A DNA stretch of 62,167 bases from an uncultured Bacteroides sp. (GTDB taxonomy: Bacteria > Bacteroidota > Bacteroidia > Bacteroidales > Muribaculaceae). Location of the stretch: contig CAZHDH010000001.1 of assembly GCA_964531245.1 (NCBI GenBank), positions 1 through 62,167 on the forward strand, in the 5' to 3' direction. Below, piece after piece: positions 60,236-62,167 of the stretch (within the stretch, counting starts at the first letter, position 1; the number at the start of each line of letters is the position of its first letter). The notes beneath the pieces are model-generated. The model was not told the origin of the DNA. It made no database searches and worked only from the letters and a program-made list of their open reading frames with translations. A program made the translations under genes and the position numbers.

Positions 60236-62077
60236 ATGTTTGGCATTAAACGACTTGATACCTTTCTGCTTCAGCGCTTCCTGCCGTTGCTGCTGATGAC
60301 GTTTTTCATCGTGCTGTTTATAGTGCTGATGCAATTCCTGTTTCGCATGATCGATGATCTTGTGGGCAAAGGGTTGAGTTTCGATATTTTGGGCGAATTG
60401 TTTTTCTATGCCGCCCTTACCATGGTGCCCACGGCCCTGCCGCTTGCCGTACTGCTGGCCTCGCTGATGGTGTTCGGTAACCTGGGCGAGAAGCTCGAAC
60501 TCACGGCCTTGAAGGCGGCCGGCATCAACCTTTTCCGCATTATGCGCCCGCTTATCGTGCTTATGGTGTTTATTGCGATAGGTGCTTTTTTCTTTCAGAA
60601 TTATGTGTTGCCGGTGGCGCAGAGCAAGATGTGGACTCTGATGTTTTCCGTGCGGCAGAAGACTCCCGAGGTTGAAATCCCCGAGGGGCAGTTCTATTCC
60701 GACATTCCGGGCATGAATATGTATGTGGAGCATAAGAATCCCGAGACGGGTATGCTCTACGATATGATTATCTATGACCTGTCGCGCGGTGCTGAAAATG
60801 TGCGTGTTATTCTGGCCGATTCGGGGCGTTTTGCGTTCACAGATGATAAAACTCATCTCTTTCTGCACCTTCACTCCGGCGAGATGTTCGAAAACCTCAA
60901 CGACAATTCTATGGGCATAGGCACAGGTGGATATATGCCATTCCGACGCGAAACTTTCTCGGAAAAACAGGTATATTTTACCTTCGATGCCAATTTTAAC
61001 CGTATGGACGAGAGTGGTATCCGTTCTCAATACGTCGGGCAGAATGTAAGCCAGTTGCGCAAGTCTATTGATTCCATACACCAGCGCGTTGATTCGATAG
61101 GCAATGTTTATGCCACCGACCTTCTCACCGCCCCATCCGTGGGCCTCAACACCCATACCGTGCGCACCGACAGCACCGGTGTCCGAAAAGTGGAAGCGGT
61201 GAAATTCGATGAGCGTACATTGCAGGGAGCCGAAGCCTTAAGTGCCGAGATAAATCTTGACACACTGTTTGCATCCCCCTCACCATCCTATACCAAAACA
61301 TATATAAATCAAGCAATTGCGGATGCACGCCAGAGTCGTCGCGAGTTTGAATACCGCACTCTGATGCTTGAGGAACAGGGACGATTGATGCGTCGCCACG
61401 CCATTGAGATGCAGCGTAAATTCACACTCTCGGTAGCCGTGCTGCTCTTCTTTTTCATCGGTGCTCCATTAGGTGCCATCATCAAGAAAGGTGGCCTCGG
61501 CACCCCGCTCGTAATTTCGATTTTCCTTTTTATCGTCTACTACATCTTTGACAATTCCGGCTACAAAATGGCCCGCGACGGCAAGCTTGAAGTATGGCAG
61601 GGCATGTGGCTTTCCACTGCCGTACTCCTTCCGTTAGGCGTATTCTTCACCTCTAAGGCAGTAGACGATTCTGCGGTGTTTAATTCTGACGCTTATCGTC
61701 TGTTCTTCAACAAAATAATCGGACGCCGACCCAAGCGCGACCTTATGCCCAAAGATGTGGTGATGGACGAAGTAAGCCCTGCCCTGGCCATTTCTCAGCT
61801 CCAGGAATTGCAGACTAAGATTGCCCAGGTGTGCTCTGCTGTGGGGCGTCGCCCCAAGATCGCAAGGCTTTTTGACCGCACCCCCGACCGTGTGCTGCGC
61901 GAACCCCTCGACCGCGTAATTGACCATCTGGCAAACTCTCGCGACAAAATGATTGTTAATCTGTTGAATAACTATCCCTTCCACCCGCGATTCTCTGATC
62001 TGGACGGTATGGATGCCAACACTGCCGAAATCTTAAATCGGCTTAACACTGAAACACAAAACACTGAAAATGATTAA
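60236..62077 (+). CDS. LptF/LptG family LPS export permease
   Basis: [28 protein letters not shown] and [16 protein letters not shown] motifs. Confidence 0.92.
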   Translation: MFGIKRLDTFLLQRFLPLLLMTFFIVLFIVLMQFLFRMIDDLVGKGLSFDILGELFFYAALTMVPTALPLAVLLASLMVFGNLGEKLELTALKAAGINLFRIMRPLIVLMVFIAIGAFFFQNYVLPVAQSKMWTLMFSVRQKTPEVEIPEGQFYSDIPGMNMYVEHKNPETGMLYDMIIYDLSRGAENVRVILADSGRFAFTDDKTHLFLHLHSGEMFENLNDNSMGIGTGGYMPFRRETFSEKQVYFTFDANFNRMDESGIRSQYVGQNVSQLRKSIDSIHQRVDSIGNVYATDLLTAPSVGLNTHTVRTDSTGVRKVEAVKFDERTLQGAEALSAEINLDTLFASPSPSYTKTYINQAIADARQSRREFEYRTLMLEEQGRLMRRHAIEMQRKFTLSVAVLLFFFIGAPLGAIIKKGGLGTPLVISIFLFIVYYIFDNSGYKMARDGKLEVWQGMWLSTAVLLPLGVFFTSKAVDDSAVFNSDAYRLFFNKIIGRRPKRDLMPKDVVMDEVSPALAISQLQELQTKIAQVCSAVGRRPKIARLFDRTPDRVLREPLDRVIDHLANSRDKMIVNLLNNYPFHPRFSDLDGMDANTAEILNRLNTETQNTEND

Positions 62078-62167
62078 ACTCGATTCTATAGAAGACGCAA
62101 TTCACGACTTTCGTGAAGGCAAAATGGAGATTGTCGTAGACGACGAATACCGCGAAAACGAGGGCGA
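62070..62167 (+). CDS. ribB: 3,4-dihydroxy-2-butanone 4-phosphate synthase (RibB or RibBA), 3'-truncated by the window edge
   Basis: Translates as [32 protein letters not shown], matching the RibB N-terminal DDEDRENEG motif; not in the supplied ORF track. Confidence 0.85.
   Translation, partial: MIKLDSIEDAIHDFREGKMEIVVDDEYRENEG

Noticed and set aside
60152..61156. 334-aa antisense ORF over lptF/G
   Set aside because: Opposite a clear conserved gene; no motifs or promoter seen
62112..62167. Unusual residues in the RibB motif (MEIVVDDEY instead of the usual M-V-IVVDDED)
   Set aside because: Each is a single-base change at the extreme end of the window and may be an end-of-contig error; cannot be called a pseudogene
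1..62167. CRISPR arrays, tRNA/rRNA genes, integrases, reverse transcriptases and defence systems
   Set aside because: No regularly spaced repeats, cloverleaf sequences or matching protein motifs were recognised by eye

Overview
Chromosomal segment of a Bacteroidales genome, most likely Muribaculaceae. This is inferred from GC-rich coding regions, many TAnnTTTG (-7) / TTTG (-33) promoters, a short 286-aa primary sigma factor and T9SS-type C-terminal signals. About 44 CDS are present. Most are housekeeping genes (dnaB, ackA-pta, rplS, rprXY, typA, folP-cdaA, tsaD-cinA, nfnAB-like pair, rpoD, mltG, kdsC, maf, pgk, lptF/G, start of ribB). Three accessory surface loci are interspersed: a three-gene DUF4493/PCMD lipoprotein operon, an orphan SusC/SusD pair, and a five-gene cassette. 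That cassette encodes a T9SS-signal phosphodiester glycosidase followed by two tandem units of [periplasmic beta-propeller + T9SS-signal Zn amidase]. It is the best candidate for an undescribed system (secreted cell-wall attack or scavenging with cognate periplasmic protectors). The window also carries two ~95% identical copies and one solo end of a ~197-bp MITE-like element with an ERIC/RPE-like core; both full copies lie in 3' UTRs in the same orientation relative to transcription. No rRNA, tRNA, CRISPR array or transposase was recognised. All family assignments are by motif recognition only; no database search was run.
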